Of a DNA stretch of 64,000 nucleotides, positions 18,504 through 30,323 are shown piece after piece. The position numbers and the translations under genes were made by a program. The notes under the pieces were generated by a model that saw only the letters and a program-made list of their open reading frames with translations, did not search any database and was not told the origin of the DNA. This stretch comes from an uncultured Rikenella sp. (GTDB taxonomy: Bacteria; Bacteroidota; Bacteroidia; Bacteroidales; VadinHA17), in the NCBI GenBank assembly GCA_964488645.1, contig CAZAVK010000004.1:4486-68485 (forward strand). Direction: 5' to 3'. The first letter of the stretch is position 1. Each line of letters begins with the position of its first letter.

Positions 18504-18755
18504 TCATCCCTCCAGCACCGAGTCTGCCAGCAGGATTATCCTGTTCTGCCTCACCTCGATCACCCCGCCGGTGATCTCATAGCGCAGCTCGGTGCCCTGC
18601 ATATCGGCAATGATCACCGGTCCGGCCTCGAGGGTGGAAATTACCGGGGCATGATCTTTCAGTACCTGGAATGAGCCCTTTCTGCCCGGCACCCTCACCG
18701 AGCGTATCTCACCGGCATATATCCTGCTGTCAGGTGTTATAATCTCGATCTTCAC
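18504..18755 (-). CDS. atpC: F1 ATP synthase epsilon subunit (short form, beta-sandwich only)
   Basis: MKIEIITPDSRIYAGEIRSVRVPGRKGSFQVLKDHAPVIS is the typical epsilon N-terminal domain. The gene lies directly after atpD. Confidence 0.88.
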   Translation of the reverse strand: MKIEIITPDSRIYAGEIRSVRVPGRKGSFQVLKDHAPVISTLEAGPVIIADMQGTELRYEITGGVIEVRQNRIILLADSVLEG

Positions 18756-18771
18756 TTCAGCTCATTTACTA

Positions 18772-20289
<1,518 letters not shown>

Positions 20290-20358
20290 TTAATACTGTT
20301 TCAATCTATGTTTGTCTGTTATGCTATCTCTTGTCTCCGCCCCGCGGCGGATCCTTTT

Positions 20359-21336
20359 CTATTTTACCCGTCCGATAAGATTCACCGCCATCTGTTTCAG
20401 CTCGCCCTTCCTCTCGGCCTTGACCCCCACCTGGTCGAGGGCCTGGAATGCCCTGTTAAAGTAGTCATATGCTATCTTCTCTGCCTGCAGGCGTATATCC
20501 AGTTCATCATAGAGCGCCTTCACCTGCTGCACCTTCTCATCCGGCTCAAGTCCGCTGTCAGGCGAAAGCAGCCTCCGCAGCCGGGTCAGCCTCTCCCCCT
20601 CGGCCAGCTCGAAGGCCTTCACCAGCAGGTATGTCTTCTTGTTGGCCACTATGTCGCTGCCGGTCTTCTTGCCGAACATTTTAGTATCACCGTAGGTGTC
20701 AAGCACGTCATCCTGTATCTGGAAGGCTATTCCCAGGCATCGTCCGAACTCATGGAGCAACTCCTGGTCCTTTTCGGTAGCATCACCGATTATTGCGCCG
20801 ATCTTCAGTGAGGCAGCCACCAGCACTGCGGTCTTCAGTTCGATCATACGCATGTACTCCTCTTCCGAGACCACCCCCTTCTTCTCAAACTCAAGGTCAA
20901 GCTGCTGACCCGTACAGACCTCTATGGCGGTGCGGTTGAACAGCCTGATGATTCTTGGGACTGACTTTTCGGGTGCCTGAGCCATGCAGTCACCTGCCAC
21001 GAAGGCCATCACGTCACCTGACAGTATCGCCTGCTCACTGCCCCACCTGTTGTGTACCGTCTGTGAGCCCCGCCTCATGTCAGCCTTATCAATGATATCA
21101 TCATGAATAAGGGTGAAGTTGTGGAACACTTCCAGTCCGACTGCCGGTCTGACCGCCTCATCGATCTTGTCACTGAAGAGGTTGCATGCCATAAGGCACA
21201 TCACCGGCCTGAGCCGCTTTCCCCCGATAGACATTATATACCTTGCCGGGGCAAAGAGCCTCTCGGCCTCGGGTGTCCCCTCCAGGCCGGCGATAGCCTT
21301 GTCTGTCAGCTCCTTCAGGTATTCAGCAGTGAACAT
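20359..21336 (-). CDS. polyprenyl (trans-isoprenyl) diphosphate synthase
   Basis: First Asp-rich motif LIHDDIIDKADMRRG and second Asp-rich motif FQIQDDVLD. 325 aa. Confidence 0.9.
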   Translation of the reverse strand: MFTAEYLKELTDKAIAGLEGTPEAERLFAPARYIMSIGGKRLRPVMCLMACNLFSDKIDEAVRPAVGLEVFHNFTLIHDDIIDKADMRRGSQTVHNRWGSEQAILSGDVMAFVAGDCMAQAPEKSVPRIIRLFNRTAIEVCTGQQLDLEFEKKGVVSEEEYMRMIELKTAVLVAASLKIGAIIGDATEKDQELLHEFGRCLGIAFQIQDDVLDTYGDTKMFGKKTGSDIVANKKTYLLVKAFELAEGERLTRLRRLLSPDSGLEPDEKVQQVKALYDELDIRLQAEKIAYDYFNRAFQALDQVGVKAERKGELKQMAVNLIGRVK

Positions 21337-21350
21337 CTCTGTTTGCTCCT

Positions 21351-22241
21351 TTATCCGTTAAGCGCCTCTGCACCGCTGACCACCTCAAGCAACTGGTTGG
21401 TGATGGATGCCTGGCGGGCTTTGTTGTACTGCAGGGTTAGATCCCTGATCAGTTCGGTGGCATTATCGGTTGCCTGGTGCATGGCTGTCATACGGGCACC
21501 GTGCTCAGCCGCAAAGGAGTCGAGCAGTGCCCTGTAGAGCTTGATACGCAGTGTCTTGGGTATAAGCTCCGAAATGATGCTTACCTGGTCAGGCTCATAG
21601 ATATAGTCAGCCGGGGCGGCAGGGGCATCACCGGCCGGGACAGCCATGACCGCCGGGAGGTAAGGCTCAACGGTAAGCTTCTGCACGGCCGCATTCTTGA
21701 ACTGGTTATAGATGATTTCAATGACATCATACTCGCCGGAGAGATAGAGCTGCATCAGCCTGTCAGCCAGCTGCGACACCCGGTCAAATGTAAGACCCGA
21801 GTAGATCTCGCTCTCGTCAGCTATGATGTTGCACTTCAGCTTCCGGAAAGCATCATTGGCCTTTTTGCCTATCGTAATCATTGCCAGTCTGCCATTGTTC
21901 ATGGCCTCACCGTACCTCTCATGCATGATGCGCCGTGTCTCCCTGATTACGTTGGCATTGAACGCACCACAGAGCCCCTTGTTGGAGGTCACGGTAACCA
22001 GCAGCACCCGTCCGTTTCCCTTTTCCCTTGCGTCATAGGGATTCTCTATCTCCAGCTCGTGCAGTGCGGCGGTCAGCCCGTCCTGTATCTCATTCAGCTT
22101 GTCTGCATAGGGCCTGAGCTGGACTATTGAGTCCTGTGCCTTGCGCAGCTTGGCTGCCGCCACCATCTTCATTGCCGAGGTGATCTGGCGAGTAGATTTG
22201 ACCGAGCTGAGCCTGACCCTTATTGCCTTTAAATTAGCCAT
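21351..22241 (-). CDS. atpG: F1 ATP synthase gamma subunit
   Basis: N-terminal MANLKAIRVRLSSVKSTRQITSAMKMVAAAKLRKAQ and C-terminal QASITNQLLEVVSGAEAL. Confidence 0.95.
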   Translation of the reverse strand: MANLKAIRVRLSSVKSTRQITSAMKMVAAAKLRKAQDSIVQLRPYADKLNEIQDGLTAALHELEIENPYDAREKGNGRVLLVTVTSNKGLCGAFNANVIRETRRIMHERYGEAMNNGRLAMITIGKKANDAFRKLKCNIIADESEIYSGLTFDRVSQLADRLMQLYLSGEYDVIEIIYNQFKNAAVQKLTVEPYLPAVMAVPAGDAPAAPADYIYEPDQVSIISELIPKTLRIKLYRALLDSFAAEHGARMTAMHQATDNATELIRDLTLQYNKARQASITNQLLEVVSGAEALNG

Positions 22242-22263
22242 CTCCTGCGATTACTGTTAACTG

Positions 22264-23850
22264 CTAACGTGCCTTATAGTTAGCTGACACCTCCGCTGCC
22301 ACCCTGTCAAGCACCGTGGTGACCTGCTCATCCACAACACCCTGTTTAATGGTTTCGAGGATATCGGGATGGTTGTCACGCATCTGTGCAATAAAGTCAT
22401 GCTCGAATGACTTGACCCTGTTTACGGGCACATCCTTCAGCAGACCCTTTGTTCCGCAGTAAATGATTGCCACCTGCTCTTCAACCTTCACCGGTGAGTA
22501 CTGGTTCTGCTTGAGTATCTCCACGTTCTTTGCCCCTTTGTCGAGAACTGCCAGTGTGGCGGCATCGAGGTCGGAGCCGAACTTAGAGAATGCCTCCAAC
22601 TCACGGTACTGTGCCTGGTCTACCTTCAGCGTTCCCGCCACCCTCTTCATTGACCTGATCTGTGCGTTGCCACCCACCCTTGAGACCGATATACCGACGT
22701 TGATGGCAGGCCTGATACCTGCGTTGAAGAGGCTTGACTCAAGGAATATCTGTCCGTCAGTGATGGAGATAACGTTTGTCGGTATGTATGCCGCCACGTC
22801 TCCGGCCTGTGTCTCGATGATGGGCAGTGCGGTGAGTGACCCTCCTCCCTTCACCATATGCCTGATTGAGTCGGGCAGGTCGTTCATCCGGGCGGCCACC
22901 TCATCTGACTCGATAATCTTTGCGGCTCTCTCGAGCAGGCGCGAGTGGAGGTAGAACACATCACCGGGGTAAGCCTCACGTCCGGGCGGGCGCCGCAGCA
23001 GCAGCGACACCTCACGGTATGATACTGCCTGCTTTGAGAGGTCATCATAGATGATCAGTGCATCACGGCCGGTATCGCGGAAGTACTCGCCTATCGCCGC
23101 CCCGGCAAACGGTGCATAGAACTGTGCCGCGGCCGAGTCGGCTGCGGTGGCGCTGATGATGACGGTATAATCCATGGCGCCGTAGCTCTCCAGGGTGCTG
23201 GCTATATTCGCAACCGTGGAGCCCTTCTGCCCTACAGCCACATAGATGCAGTAGACAGGCTTTCCCTTGTCATACTCGCTCTTCTGGTTGATGATGGTAT
23301 CAACGGCGATGGCGGTCTTGCCCGTCTGGCGGTCGCCGATGATGAGCTCACGCTGGCCGCGGCCGATGGGTATCATGGCATCAATGGCCTTCAGGCCTGT
23401 CTGCAGGGGCTGCTTCACCGGCTGACGGAAGATAACTCCCGGCGCCTTCCTCTCAAAGGGCATCTCGTAGAGCTCGCCGGTGATGGGGCCACGACCGTCA
23501 ATCGGTTCGCCGGTGGTGGTGATAACCCTGCCCAGCAGACCCTCACCCGCCATGATCGATGAGATACGGCCGGTACGGCGGGCAATGTCCCCCTCCTTGA
23601 TCTTCTCTGACGGACCAAGGATAACGACACCCACATTGTCCTCCTCAAGGTTGAGGACAATCCCCTTGATATCTGATTCAACAAACTCAATAAGCTCATT
23701 GGAGCCGACATTCTTCAGGCCGTAGATACGGGCGATGCCGTCACCCACCTGCAGCACCGTGCCCACCTCCTCAACATCAATGGCGGTCTTCACTCCCTCG
23801 AGCTGCTCCCTGAGGATCTGTGATACCTCTGAAGGTTTAATATTCGTCAT
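22264..23850 (-). CDS. atpA: F1 ATP synthase alpha subunit
   Basis: Walker [10 protein letters not shown]. 528 aa, with conserved blocks throughout. Confidence 0.97.
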   Translation of the reverse strand: MTNIKPSEVSQILREQLEGVKTAIDVEEVGTVLQVGDGIARIYGLKNVGSNELIEFVESDIKGIVLNLEEDNVGVVILGPSEKIKEGDIARRTGRISSIMAGEGLLGRVITTTGEPIDGRGPITGELYEMPFERKAPGVIFRQPVKQPLQTGLKAIDAMIPIGRGQRELIIGDRQTGKTAIAVDTIINQKSEYDKGKPVYCIYVAVGQKGSTVANIASTLESYGAMDYTVIISATAADSAAAQFYAPFAGAAIGEYFRDTGRDALIIYDDLSKQAVSYREVSLLLRRPPGREAYPGDVFYLHSRLLERAAKIIESDEVAARMNDLPDSIRHMVKGGGSLTALPIIETQAGDVAAYIPTNVISITDGQIFLESSLFNAGIRPAINVGISVSRVGGNAQIRSMKRVAGTLKVDQAQYRELEAFSKFGSDLDAATLAVLDKGAKNVEILKQNQYSPVKVEEQVAIIYCGTKGLLKDVPVNRVKSFEHDFIAQMRDNHPDILETIKQGVVDEQVTTVLDRVAAEVSANYKAR

Positions 23851-23866
23851 ATCGCTTAAACTTAAA

Positions 23867-24418
23867 CTACTTGTCTGAATAACCCGCCAGCCGGAACTCC
23901 TTCCTGAACCTGTTCAGCCTGTTCCTCACGCTGGCATCAATATATGAATCATCCACCCTGATGGTAAAACCGCCTATCAGTGACTCATCAACCACCTCAT
24001 CGAACTCGATGGTGCCCTCCTTCTGGCCGGCAATCAGTCCGGCCAGTTCTTTCCTGATCCCTTCGCTTACCGGCACTGCGGTAGTAACTGTCACACGGCG
24101 TATGCCCCGGTGGCGGCGGGTAAGGTCAATGAAGTTCCTTGCTGCGGCCGACAGGAAATCGCCCCGTCCGTGATCGAACATAAGAGCGATAAACTTCAGT
24201 GTCAGCGGTTCGGCATCATCGCCTGCGAGGGCCATGACCGCCCTCTTCCTCACCTTCTGGGGTATGACCGGGTTGGCGATCAGCTCCTTCACCTCAGCGA
24301 GGCCGCAAAGCTGGCCCACGCTCTTCATATCTCTGTAGACGCCGTCAATGACACCGCTGTCAAGGGCGAGCTCAAAGAGGGCCCTGGCATATCTTACGGC
24401 TATCCTGGATGAGTTCAT
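23867..24418 (-). CDS. atpH: F1 ATP synthase delta (OSCP) subunit
   Basis: [14 protein letters not shown] start, 183 aa, positioned between atpF and atpA. Confidence 0.9.
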   Translation of the reverse strand: MNSSRIAVRYARALFELALDSGVIDGVYRDMKSVGQLCGLAEVKELIANPVIPQKVRKRAVMALAGDDAEPLTLKFIALMFDHGRGDFLSAAARNFIDLTRRHRGIRRVTVTTAVPVSEGIRKELAGLIAGQKEGTIEFDEVVDESLIGGFTIRVDDSYIDASVRNRLNRFRKEFRLAGYSDK

Positions 24419-24422
24419 CGTG

Positions 24423-24935
24423 TCAGTTCCTGCTTGATTCGATCTCCCTGATATACCTCTCTATCAGCTTCTGCTGTTCGGCGTCGCTGCGCAGGGTCTC
24501 TCCCAGCACCTTCGAGGCTACCTCCAGGGCCAGGCCGGCCACCTCGCGCTTCACCTCGGCTATGGCAGCCACCTTCTCACGTTCGATCAGCTCCCTGGCA
24601 CGGCGTACCATCGCATCAGACTCAGACTGGCTTTTCTCCTTGGCCTCGGTCATCATGCGGTCATAGGCAACCCGTGCATCACGAAGTATCTTGTCACGCT
24701 CTTCACGCGCCTTGCGCAGGATGATCTCGTTGTCTGCCTGCAGCACCTTCATCTCTTCACGCGCCTTCTCGGCTGACTCAAGAGCATTGCGTATCATGTC
24801 CTCGCGCGCCCGCACCGCATTCATTATAGGCCCCCAGGCAAACTTCCAGAGAAGGATGAGCAGGAGCAGGAATATCAGTGTGGTCCAGAAAATAGTCCCT
24901 ATGGCAGGACTGGCAAGACTGGTTTGCAGTAACAT
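24423..24935 (-). CDS. atpF: Fo ATP synthase subunit b
   Basis: A single N-terminal TM helix followed by a long charged helix (REEMKVLQADNEIILRKAREERDKILRDA). Supported by operon position. Confidence 0.85.
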   Translation of the reverse strand: MLLQTSLASPAIGTIFWTTLIFLLLLILLWKFAWGPIMNAVRAREDMIRNALESAEKAREEMKVLQADNEIILRKAREERDKILRDARVAYDRMMTEAKEKSQSESDAMVRRARELIEREKVAAIAEVKREVAGLALEVASKVLGETLRSDAEQQKLIERYIREIESSRN

Positions 24936-25003
24936 AACTATGTCGTTTTGTTTGATTCAAGGTAAAAAGCCTGCAACCAACCGTTACAGGCTTCTTTTCT
25001 TTC

Positions 25004-25219
<216 letters not shown>

Positions 25220-25253
25220 TTAAGATTAATTAAACGAAAAAACTATAATTGCA

Positions 25254-26330
25254 TCAATGATGTTCCGGTTCAGCCACCGCCATCCCGATAAAGAGGGCTG
25301 AGAGCAGCGTAAAGACATATGCCTGCAGGAATGCCACAAGCAGTTCAAGCATATCCATGAAGAGGACAAAGAAGATTGAAGCCGGGGCTACCAGCACCGA
25401 CTTGAAGATGAATATCAGTGCCACCAGGCTCAGTACAATGATATGGCCGGCGGTGATGTTTGCAAAGAGACGGATCATCAGGGCGAAGGGTTTTGAGAAG
25501 AGCCCTATCAGCTCCACGACTATCATCACCGGCAGCAGCCAGAAAGGTACGCCGGGGGTGGCAAACACATGCCTCCAGTGCGATCTGTTGGCTGAGGTCT
25601 GGGTGATGAGGAAGGTAAAGAGTGCCAGTACGAATGTCACGTTTATGTTGCCGGTGACGTTGGCGCCGAACGGGAATATAGGTATCAGCCCCAGCAGGTT
25701 GTTGAGGAGGATGAAGAAAAAGACGGTGAGCAGGTATGGCATGAACCGCTCATATTTCATCTCACCGATATTGGGTATGGCAACATCATCCCTGATAAAG
25801 AGCACGACCGGCTCGAGCAGTCCCTGTATCCCTTTGGGTGCACTGATGCCGCTCTTTTTGTATGAGCGGGCTAGTGAGATCATGAGCCACAGCAGGATCA
25901 CCGCCGAGACCAGCATGCCGAAGATCGCCTTGGTGATTGAGAAGTCCAGCGGCGGCCTGCTGCCGTCATGATGCCCCTGCTCATCAACCCTGATGATCTT
26001 TCCCGCATAGTCACCCTCATGGGCAATAGCGAACCCCCGGAAACTGTTGCCGTGGGCAATCTTCCGCGAAGAGAAGAGATGGAGGCCCGACTGGCGGTCA
26101 TAGATGATCACCGGCAGGTAGACAGCTACATCCTTCCCTGAGCGGGTGGTGAAAAGGTGCCATTCATGTGAATCGGCCACATGTTCCATAATGAATGTGG
26201 CAGCATCAAACTCATCCTGGTTTTCCATGTCGGAGCCCCCGCTGCCGCTGATGGCTGCCAGACTGGCCGGAGCACTCACCGCAAGCAGCCCGATAAGAAA
26301 AACCAGAAAATATAACCTCTTTTGTTTCAA
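25254..26330 (-). CDS. atpB: Fo ATP synthase subunit a (with N-terminal extension and signal-like segment)
   Basis: The conserved Arg helix is MIRLFANITAGHIIV. There is an N-terminal extension of about 130 aa. Confidence 0.9.
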   Translation of the reverse strand: MKQKRLYFLVFLIGLLAVSAPASLAAISGSGGSDMENQDEFDAATFIMEHVADSHEWHLFTTRSGKDVAVYLPVIIYDRQSGLHLFSSRKIAHGNSFRGFAIAHEGDYAGKIIRVDEQGHHDGSRPPLDFSITKAIFGMLVSAVILLWLMISLARSYKKSGISAPKGIQGLLEPVVLFIRDDVAIPNIGEMKYERFMPYLLTVFFFILLNNLLGLIPIFPFGANVTGNINVTFVLALFTFLITQTSANRSHWRHVFATPGVPFWLLPVMIVVELIGLFSKPFALMIRLFANITAGHIIVLSLVALIFIFKSVLVAPASIFFVLFMDMLELLVAFLQAYVFTLLSALFIGMAVAEPEHH

Positions 26331-26337
26331 GCTATAT

Positions 26338-26733
26338 CTATTTAATCTGACCTTGTTTCAAGACAACCTTAAATGTACGGACTATATAAATTGTGAACGC
26401 CAAATATAGAATAAAAAACAATACTACTGAGCCGGTTGAATCGTTTTTGAAGACCAGCAGAAAAAGGAGTGCCAGCACGAATGAGAGGAGCATCTTCACT
26501 CCCAGTGCCATCAGTGTCATGAACACATTTTTTTCAGGCTCAGAGAAATAACCGTTAAAAAAGATTAAAAGCGAAATGAAGGCTGCCAGCATGAATCCGG
26601 CAGTCAGCATAACGGCATGGGTTGTGTTGTAGAGTCCGGGGATCAGGCGTCCGGCCAGGATCACCGGTATCATAATCAGTGCCGTGAACAGGAGAAGACC
26701 CAGGTAGCGTCTGGTTGCCAGTGGTGTGAACAT
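26338..26733 (-). CDS. small 4-TM membrane protein, ATP synthase subunit I-like (operon-associated)
   Basis: 131 aa, hydrophobic, immediately upstream of atpB and 1 nt after the atpZ stop. The assignment rests on position and topology only. Confidence 0.5.
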   Translation of the reverse strand: MFTPLATRRYLGLLLFTALIMIPVILAGRLIPGLYNTTHAVMLTAGFMLAAFISLLIFFNGYFSEPEKNVFMTLMALGVKMLLSFVLALLFLLVFKNDSTGSVVLFFILYLAFTIYIVRTFKVVLKQGQIK

Positions 26734-26734
26734 C

Positions 26735-26983
26735 CTATTTACCTCTCATTACCTCCTTGATGACCAGCCAGAGGGCTGCGGCAACCCCCAGCAGTGAAAA
26801 TATGACGGTAAAGAGCGGATCGGTGCCGGCACGCTCATCAAGCCTGATGCCGCCATAAGTGGTCAGAACAATGATGACCACCATCTGTATGACAATGGTG
26901 CTGTACCTCGAGTAGGCCGACAGGCCCTCCCTGCCTCTATTTTCCTTCTTCCCTGGGTCTGGGTGCTGCTCCATTCTCTCCAT
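26735..26983 (-). CDS. atpZ: AtpZ/AtpI family small membrane protein
   Basis: A basic N-terminus is followed by LSAYSRYSTIVIQMVVIIVLTTYGGIRLD and a second TM helix. This is typical of the AtpZ family that precedes atp operons. Confidence 0.7.
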   Translation of the reverse strand: MERMEQHPDPGKKENRGREGLSAYSRYSTIVIQMVVIIVLTTYGGIRLDERAGTDPLFTVIFSLLGVAAALWLVIKEVMRGK

Positions 26984-27323
26984 CCTTCATGGCACAGTTT
27001 CCGGTGAAGACGGCTCCCGGCTCGATTGAGAGCTTGTTGGTGACAATGGTTCCGTTGATCTTTGAAGAGGCTTTCAGGGTAAGCAGCTGCGACACGGAGA
27101 TCTTGCCCTCAATCATTCCCGAGATCTCGGAGTTCTTGCACTCAACCTCACCCTTGATCTTGCCGGTGGGCCCGATAACCACCTTACCCCTGGTTATCAT
27201 ATTTCCTATCAGTACTCCGTCAACACGGATATCACCGCTCGACTTGATATCACCCGTAATCTCTGTTCCCTGACTGATGAGATTGACTGCCGTCCCGGTA
27301 TCTGTCTCGATTATTTTTGCCAT
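26937..27323 (-). CDS. bactofilin (polymer-forming cytoskeletal protein)
   Basis: The repetitive beta-helix pattern ISQGTEITGDIKSSGDIRVDGVLIGNMITRGKVVIGPTGKIKGEVECKNSEISGMIEGKI is the DUF583/bactofilin signature. I chose the start at ATG 27321-27323 (MAKIIETD). The 3' end overlaps atpZ by 47 nt in another frame. Confidence 0.85.
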   Translation of the reverse strand: MAKIIETDTGTAVNLISQGTEITGDIKSSGDIRVDGVLIGNMITRGKVVIGPTGKIKGEVECKNSEISGMIEGKISVSQLLTLKASSKINGTIVTNKLSIEPGAVFTGNCAMKDGENGAAPRPREEGK

Positions 27324-27369
27324 AGTGACTTCGGTTTTTCCCTTGATTACCCTGAAATTAATTAACAGA

Positions 27370-27377
27370 CAAATATA
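27370..27377 (-). promoter_or_regulatory. candidate -7 promoter box (TATATTTG on minus strand) for the bactofilin-atp operon
   Basis: The reverse complement of CAAATATA matches TAnnTTTG. It lies 46 nt upstream of the bactofilin ATG and downstream of the fabH terminator-like hairpin. It is a motif match only. Confidence 0.3.
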
Positions 27378-27399
27378 GAAACTATTGTGCCGGAGGGGT

Positions 27400-27430
27400 A
27401 AAAAAAGCTGGCCGGTTTTTCCCGGCGCCA
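27400..27430 (-). terminator. possible intrinsic terminator after fabH
   Basis: On the minus strand, GCCGG gaaaaa CCGGC is followed by CAGCTTTTTTT. The stem is short (5 bp, all GC), so support is weak. Confidence 0.35.
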
Positions 27431-27441
27431 TCTACTCTCAA

Positions 27442-28446
27442 TTATTCCTTCACCGGGTCATAGGCCCATTTGAGCCAGATGCTTCCCCAGGTGAATCCGC
27501 CTCCGAATGCTGCCAGTATGAGGTTGTCTCCCTTCTTCAGCCCCTTTTCAAACTCCCACAGCACGAGGGGGATGGTTGCGGCGGTGGTATTTCCGTAGTT
27601 CTGGATGTTGATCATCACCTTTTCGGGGGGGAGTCCCATCCGCCTTCCTGTGGCGTCTATGATGCGCAGGTTGGCCTGATGTGGCACCAGCCATGCTATG
27701 TCATCAGGTGTCAGGTTATTCTTCTCCATTATTTCGGCTGCCACATCGGCCATGTTTGATACCGCAAACTTGAATACTGCCTGTCCCTCCTGGTAGACAT
27801 AATGTTCACGTCCGCCCACGGTATCGTGCGATGCCGGCCTCAGTGATCCGCCCGCCTTCATGTGGAGGTACTTGCGGCCTGAGCCATCGGCACGGAAAAT
27901 GTAGTCCATGATGCCGTACTCCTCATAGGTTGGCTCGAGCAGTACCGCGCCGGCGGCGTCGCCGAAGAGGGTGCAGGTGGTACGGTCGGTGTAGTCGGTT
28001 ATGGATGACATCTTGTCTGCCCCGACAACAACCACCTTTCTGTACCTGCCGGTCTCCACATATGCCGCGGCCGTCTGCAGTGCAAAGAGGAAGCCTGAGC
28101 AGGCTGCCCCCAGGTCAAAGCTGAAGGCATTCTTGATACCCACCTTGTCTGAAATGATATTGGCCGTTGCCGGGAACATCATGTCGGGGGTGATGGTTGC
28201 ACAGATAAGCAGATCGACCTCGTCGGGCGAGGTACCGGTCTTCTCCAGCAGCCCCCTCACTGCCGGTTCACCCAGGTCAGAGGTGCCCTTGCACTCTCCC
28301 TTGAGTATCCTGCGCTCTCTGATCCCCACCCGCTGCATGATCCACTCATCGCTGGTATCGACCATCTGCGAGAGCTCATGGTTGGTAAGCCGGTACTCCG
28401 GCGTCCATGCGTTTATGCCTGTTATGGCTGCCCTGATCCTTTTCAT
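27442..28446 (-). CDS. fabH: 3-oxoacyl-ACP synthase III
   Basis: Catalytic Cys in GAACSGF, His in [10 protein letters not shown], Asn in [10 protein letters not shown]. 334 aa. Confidence 0.93.
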   Translation of the reverse strand: MKRIRAAITGINAWTPEYRLTNHELSQMVDTSDEWIMQRVGIRERRILKGECKGTSDLGEPAVRGLLEKTGTSPDEVDLLICATITPDMMFPATANIISDKVGIKNAFSFDLGAACSGFLFALQTAAAYVETGRYRKVVVVGADKMSSITDYTDRTTCTLFGDAAGAVLLEPTYEEYGIMDYIFRADGSGRKYLHMKAGGSLRPASHDTVGGREHYVYQEGQAVFKFAVSNMADVAAEIMEKNNLTPDDIAWLVPHQANLRIIDATGRRMGLPPEKVMINIQNYGNTTAATIPLVLWEFEKGLKKGDNLILAAFGGGFTWGSIWLKWAYDPVKE

Positions 28447-29387
28447 TTTTCAAATGCCTCCCTGATCTTTCCGGCAAGATCGGCCCTGATCACATCACGG
28501 GTGGTAAGGATCATATTGCGGATTGCGGTCTTTTTTGAGATACCGTGACCCACCACCACATTATCATTGATCCCGACCACCGGCGTTCCTCCGACCACCT
28601 CGAAATTGAGCCTGTCGAGGAAACTGTCCTTAATTCCTCTTGCCTTTGTAACCACATAGAGTTTCTCGGCCATCTTCAGCACCACATTGCCGACGAAGCC
28701 GTCGCAGACGATCACGTCGGTCATGTCGTCGGTGAAGAGGTGATGACCCTCGATATTTCCCCTGAAGTCAATATCATTTGCCTCATTCAGCAGCTCCCAG
28801 GCTGCTTTCGCCGCTGCCGAGCCCTTCCCCTCCTCGCGCCCGATATTGAGCAGCCCGACGGTCGGACTCTCTATGCCGAGAACATACCTGGCATATACTG
28901 TTCCGAGCATGCCGTACTGCAGGAGTGCATCGGGCTTGCTGTCGGGGTTTATCCCCACATCAAGCATGACTGACGAGCCGCCGCTGACATTGGGTATCAG
29001 GGCCGCCAGTGCCGGCCTGATCACCCCGGGGATGACGTTCACGGTGTAGTGTGCCCCTATCATCATGGCACCGGTATTTCCCGCACTGGCAAAACCGTCG
29101 ATCATGCCGCCCTTCAGCATGGCATAACCCACGGCAATGGATGAGTCTCTCTTCTGTGAGAATGCTTTGGCCGGGTGATCAGACATTCCGATCACCTGTG
29201 TGGTGGGCACCATGTCAAACTCGGCGGGGCTCAAGCCGAGTGATCCGAGCTTCTCCTTTATGAGGCTCTCGTCGCCGATAAGCACCAGGCGCTCACCGGG
29301 CGACAGGTGCCCGAGTGCCTCCGCGGCGCCCTCGACCACAGCATCGGGGGCAAAATCGCCGCCCATTGCATCAAGGCCTATTTTCAT
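28443..29387 (-). CDS. plsX: phosphate acyltransferase PlsX
   Basis: [14 protein letters not shown] start, SAGNTGA, and [12 protein letters not shown]. Confidence 0.95.
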   Translation of the reverse strand: MKIGLDAMGGDFAPDAVVEGAAEALGHLSPGERLVLIGDESLIKEKLGSLGLSPAEFDMVPTTQVIGMSDHPAKAFSQKRDSSIAVGYAMLKGGMIDGFASAGNTGAMMIGAHYTVNVIPGVIRPALAALIPNVSGGSSVMLDVGINPDSKPDALLQYGMLGTVYARYVLGIESPTVGLLNIGREEGKGSAAAKAAWELLNEANDIDFRGNIEGHHLFTDDMTDVIVCDGFVGNVVLKMAEKLYVVTKARGIKDSFLDRLNFEVVGGTPVVGINDNVVVGHGISKKTAIRNMILTTRDVIRADLAGKIREAFEK

Positions 29388-29417
29388 CGTTCACTCGTTT
29401 TGAACGGTACCGCCACG

Positions 29418-29603
29418 TCAGGCAGTCTCCTTTTTCTCGACGGCAAGCTTACCCCTGTAGTATCCGCACTCCGGGCAGACCCTGTGATAGAGATGCGCCG
29501 AACCGCAGTTCTGGCAGGCAGCAACTGTGGGAGCAACTGCCTTGTAGTGTGTCCTCCTCTTGTCTCTCCTGGTACTGGAGTGTCTGTGCTTTGGATTTGG
29601 CAT
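29418..29603 (-). CDS. rpmF: 50S ribosomal protein L32
   Basis: MPNPKHRHSSTRRDKRRTHYK, with a zinc-ribbon CQNCG...CPECG. Confidence 0.95.
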   Translation of the reverse strand: MPNPKHRHSSTRRDKRRTHYKAVAPTVAACQNCGSAHLYHRVCPECGYYRGKLAVEKKETA

Positions 29604-29620
29604 CGCAGTAATGTATTGAG

Positions 29621-30142
29621 TTAATTATTCCCGGTCAGTCTTTTAAGCTCCTCCCAACGGGGATCGCCCGCTGCATCACCATGCACACGGTGAGCATTGA
29701 GCTTCCTGATCATGTCAGGATTGCAGGTGACCCTGCCATCGGCATCATCAGGATGAATGCGCTGTATCGGCAGTGCCAGGTGGATATATTCATAGAAAAA
29801 CTGACCAAGATCTATCTCATGTTCATCCACCGGCAGCGTGATCATGTCCGGATCCGAATCATCCCACTCCTTCCCAAGCCTTATAAAAAGCCTGTTAACA
29901 GATGAGAGAGGCATGAAGAAGGGATCAAGACACCGGTCACATACCACCTCGGCCCTGCCGCTGATACTGATTTCCAGCTCTATCTGGGCGGAACCCTTAA
30001 TAAGTTCAACCACCGCCTCAAACTCGCCCCGCTTTATTTCTGACTCTTCAAAAGCTGCGAAAAAATCATCACCTATCGTGAACTTATAACTGTATCTGGC
30101 TTCCTTGAGTCCCGCAAGCGGTATGGAATAGAATCCGGGCAT
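29621..30142 (-). CDS. yceD: YceD/DUF177 family protein
   Basis: 173 aa and acidic. It has the CDRCLDPF...VTCNPD Cys pattern and the canonical position upstream of rpmF-plsX-fabH. Confidence 0.85.
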   Translation of the reverse strand: MPGFYSIPLAGLKEARYSYKFTIGDDFFAAFEESEIKRGEFEAVVELIKGSAQIELEISISGRAEVVCDRCLDPFFMPLSSVNRLFIRLGKEWDDSDPDMITLPVDEHEIDLGQFFYEYIHLALPIQRIHPDDADGRVTCNPDMIRKLNAHRVHGDAAGDPRWEELKRLTGNN

Positions 30143-30161
30143 CTCCGTTTTTTTCGGTCTG

Positions 30162-30169
30162 CAAAATTA
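30162..30169 (-). promoter_or_regulatory. candidate -7 promoter box (TAATTTTG on minus strand) for yceD-rpmF-plsX-fabH
   Basis: The reverse complement of CAAAATTA matches TAnnTTTG and lies 19 nt upstream of the yceD ATG. It is a motif match only. Confidence 0.3.
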
Positions 30170-30323
30170 TAAATCCTCACTCAATAAAAAAAATTATGAA
30201 CAAAAAAGCAACAGCGCCTGCCTGATTCGCCATTCACCGGCAAATAGCGGCCATTCACGGGAAACGGGCTGTTCCGGGGAGCTGCGGGCTCTATCTTTGA
30301 CACCATCAAACAACAAGCGTGAG

